Shown here: in pieces, positions 61,760-64,000 of the stretch | How positions within the stretch are numbered: position 1 is the first letter of the stretch | Layout: the number at the start of each line of letters is the position of its first letter | Source: a bacterium | GTDB taxonomy: Bacteria > Bacteroidota > Bacteroidia > Bacteroidales > Bacteroidaceae | Reading direction: 5' to 3' | Assembly (NCBI GenBank): GCA_963607545.1 | Contig: CAVDCP010000012.1 | Span: 432-64,431, forward strand | DNA: 64,000 nucleotides | The notes under the pieces: model-generated | What the model was told of the DNA's origin: nothing | The model's database searches: none | What the model saw: the letters and a program-made list of their open reading frames with translations, nothing else | Position numbers and translations under genes: made by a program

Positions 61760-64000
61760 GCTAATCCTGCTATTTTTATGTTTATTGTCGTTGCACGCTC
61801 CGCGTTAGGCGATGCTGAGATTCCGCATCCCCTGGCGTGATAGCGTTCGCCTATATCCCTTATTATCTGCCTGCACACGAAAAATGCCACATTACTGGTG
61901 GCCTCCGTGAACAGTTCGCGGCACTGTCCTGCATCCAGATGCAGGTTTGGCATCGTGATTTCAAGCTCCACATACCCCTGTTCCGAAGTCTTCACCTGCC
62001 ATTGCGGACGCTTTCCATCGTTGGCCTTTTTCAACAAGTCATACAGACACTGCATGCTGTAGTCGCCCGGAATACCCTGGTCTTCAACCACGCGCATGGC
62101 CTGGATGCTCAACACCGAGTAGATTACCCGGTAATAATTCACCAGTTCGCCGATTGCCGTCAAATTGCCGTCAGTGCCGTCAACCAACTGCCTTATCCTT
62201 GTAGGATAATACATTGTCTCGTGCTTCAACGTCGAGAGGCAGTTGTCGATTATCTTGTTGCTCACATACAGATTGTCGCTGTCAAGTTTAATCCTCTTCA
62301 GATTGTCGCCGGCAATCCTCATGTTGTCGGCATGCCTTTCGTGCCGTTTCTTTCCGTTGTTGAGCGACGTCCTTATTTCCGACACCAGTTCCTGCAGCTT
62401 CGCAAGATGCTCGTTGGACACCATTGCATTGTCGTTGGCCGTCCATATCCTGTCCATGGCGGCAAGACTACTGTCACTTCCGGCATCGCCCGAAAGCAAA
62501 CCGTTGAGTTTCCTCACATTGTCTACACATATATTATAATATATGCGGTGACGGTAATACAATATATAGTAAATCGGGAATATCAGCATGAAGAAAAACA
62601 GGAGCAGAACCATGGCCACATTCTTGTTGTTCTCCGATTTCTGCATAACACTCACATAATCGGCAAGCGTGTTGTCGGCACTGCAGTCACGGAACAGCTG
62701 CGTGTACACGCTATTGTTATATCTGTACAATTTCCACTTGTGCAAGGCCAAGGCAGCCACTGCCGTCTCGTTTCTCACGTCGAGTATTATGCCATAGTCA
62801 ACCCTCACGCTGTCGCGATACCACTCTATCTCGGCAGGGCACACGCCGTCGGCATCATACAGCACGAGTTCGCGTCCTTTCCCGTGCAATGCGCCACGGC
62901 AGTGCATGTTCATGTATTTAAGGCAACTGTCGGCATACTCAAGGGTCTTTTCATACTTTCCCCCGATATTGCTGTAATATGCGCTGTCGGCAAAAACGCC
63001 AGCCATGGCCAGACAACGGTTGCCCCCCCCAGCCGCGCAACCAGTCCCGCGCGCATGCTGCGACAACGGTTTTGCATGGCAACCCATGGCCGACAGCGGC
63101 AACGACACCGCCAACACAGCAATGGTGCGCAACACTCCTTTGGGCAAACGGAAGTAGAATCGGCTGCCCACGCCTTCCTCGCTCTCGGCAGAAATCATGC
63201 ATTTCGAGAAGAAACCGCTCATCTTGCGGTATTTCTCTATTATGCCCTTGCAGTTAAGAAGCCCGAATCCGTGGTTGGCTACGGTTTCGCCCACATCGTT
63301 TTTCTCTCCCACGGCATTGTCAACTATGGTTTTATGGTCGAAAACATGCTTCAGTTGTTGTTCCGGCATTCCCTCGCCATCGTCGGCAACCGATATTTCC
63401 ACACAGTCGCCCATATCCTCGCAGCCCACCCTTATGTGTCCGTTCTGCCGGCTGTGCTTGCGTGCATTGTCGGCCATGGTGTTCAGCATAAACAGGGTGA
63501 GTGTCTTGTCGGCCTTCACCACGAGGTCGGTAGGCACGATTTCCAGACTGATGTCTTTCAGAGTGTACAGCATCTTGCCTTGCGACAAGGTGTCGAATAT
63601 GTCTTGCAGACAGAAGCTCTCGATGTGTAGCTGCAGTTCGCCCTGACGCATCTGTATCCATTTTGTCAGAGTATTGTTGCATGCCACAATCTTGTCGGTA
63701 AGCTCGGCAATGTATTCATAGCGTTCTTTTCTGAGACTTTCGTCGCCCGCATTTTCTTCAAGCAAGGCCACTTCGCGCGCTATACGGCTCACGAGAGGAG
63801 TCACGCCATTCACAAGCGAAATCTTCGCGCGCTGTTCTATGTATTGCCAGCGGTTTCTCCTCAGTTCCTCTTCGGCCATGCTTGTCTGTTCGGCGAGTTC
63901 TTCCATTTCGTCGGCCTCGGCCTCGGCCTGCTTCTCCTGCGACTGTTTCCATTTTGCGAGAGGCTCTTTCAGCGCATCCACCGACATCGTGCGCATCCGC
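61735..64000 (-). CDS. Sensor histidine kinase with tandem modules (DUF5113-like); 5' end outside window
   Basis: N box DNARKH, G1 DDGEG, G2 GFGL, GVGSRF; then two more hydrophobic segments and LKHET; frame open to the window edge. Confidence 0.85.
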   Translation of the reverse strand, partial: RMRTMSVDALKEPLAKWKQSQEKQAEAEADEMEELAEQTSMAEEELRRNRWQYIEQRAKISLVNGVTPLVSRIAREVALLEENAGDESLRKERYEYIAELTDKIVACNNTLTKWIQMRQGELQLHIESFCLQDIFDTLSQGKMLYTLKDISLEIVPTDLVVKADKTLTLFMLNTMADNARKHSRQNGHIRVGCEDMGDCVEISVADDGEGMPEQQLKHVFDHKTIVDNAVGEKNDVGETVANHGFGLLNCKGIIEKYRKMSGFFSKCMISAESEEGVGSRFYFRLPKGVLRTIAVLAVSLPLSAMGCHAKPLSQHARGTGCAAGGGNRCLAMAGVFADSAYYSNIGGKYEKTLEYADSCLKYMNMHCRGALHGKGRELVLYDADGVCPAEIEWYRDSVRVDYGIILDVRNETAVAALALHKWKLYRYNNSVYTQLFRDCSADNTLADYVSVMQKSENNKNVAMVLLLFFFMLIFPIYYILYYRHRIYYNICVDNVRKLNGLLSGDAGSDSSLAAMDRIWTANDNAMVSNEHLAKLQELVSEIRTSLNNGKKRHERHADNMRIAGDNLKRIKLDSDNLYVSNKIIDNCLSTLKHETMYYPTRIRQLVDGTDGNLTAIGELVNYYRVIYSVLSIQAMRVVEDQGIPGDYSMQCLYDLLKKANDGKRPQWQVKTSEQGYVELEITMPNLHLDAGQCRELFTEATSNVAFFVCRQIIRDIGERYHARGCGISASPNAERATTINIKIAGLAWKNSMWS

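Noticed and set aside
61837..63630. 597-aa plus-strand ORF
   Set aside because: Antisense shadow of the histidine kinase

Overview
Bacteroidales chromosomal segment, most likely Prevotellaceae (TAnnTTTG promoters, SusC/SusD, T9SS-type C-terminal signals, long-tailed S16). It is mostly housekeeping: ppdK, yebC, pheT, rne/rng, HU, rpsP, groES/EL, rfbB, radA, queC, pgk, kdsB, tilS, rlmI, ftsK-lolA, glycogen synthase/phosphorylase. An accessory stretch at about 14.5-23 kb holds an IS4-like left-end remnant, a perfect 36-bp palindrome, and an array of 6.3 x 65-bp hairpin units that each carry a promoter -7 box, directly ahead of an HTH-Fic gene. It continues with two repeat-built secreted paralogues and an AT-rich membrane-anchored helicase with an inserted nuclease-like domain. 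Other notable items: an ECF sigma with a dual-membrane-spanning anti-sigma-like gene, a REP-like nested palindrome field after groEL, a 198-bp inverted-repeat-flanked element abutting a start codon, a sigma54-type groES promoter, and a tandem two-module histidine kinase. Three real genes are absent from the ORF track (1-978, 6210-6365, 11675-11764). No rRNA, tRNA, CRISPR array or intact transposase/integrase was recognised. All family assignments come from motif recognition by eye, not database searches.
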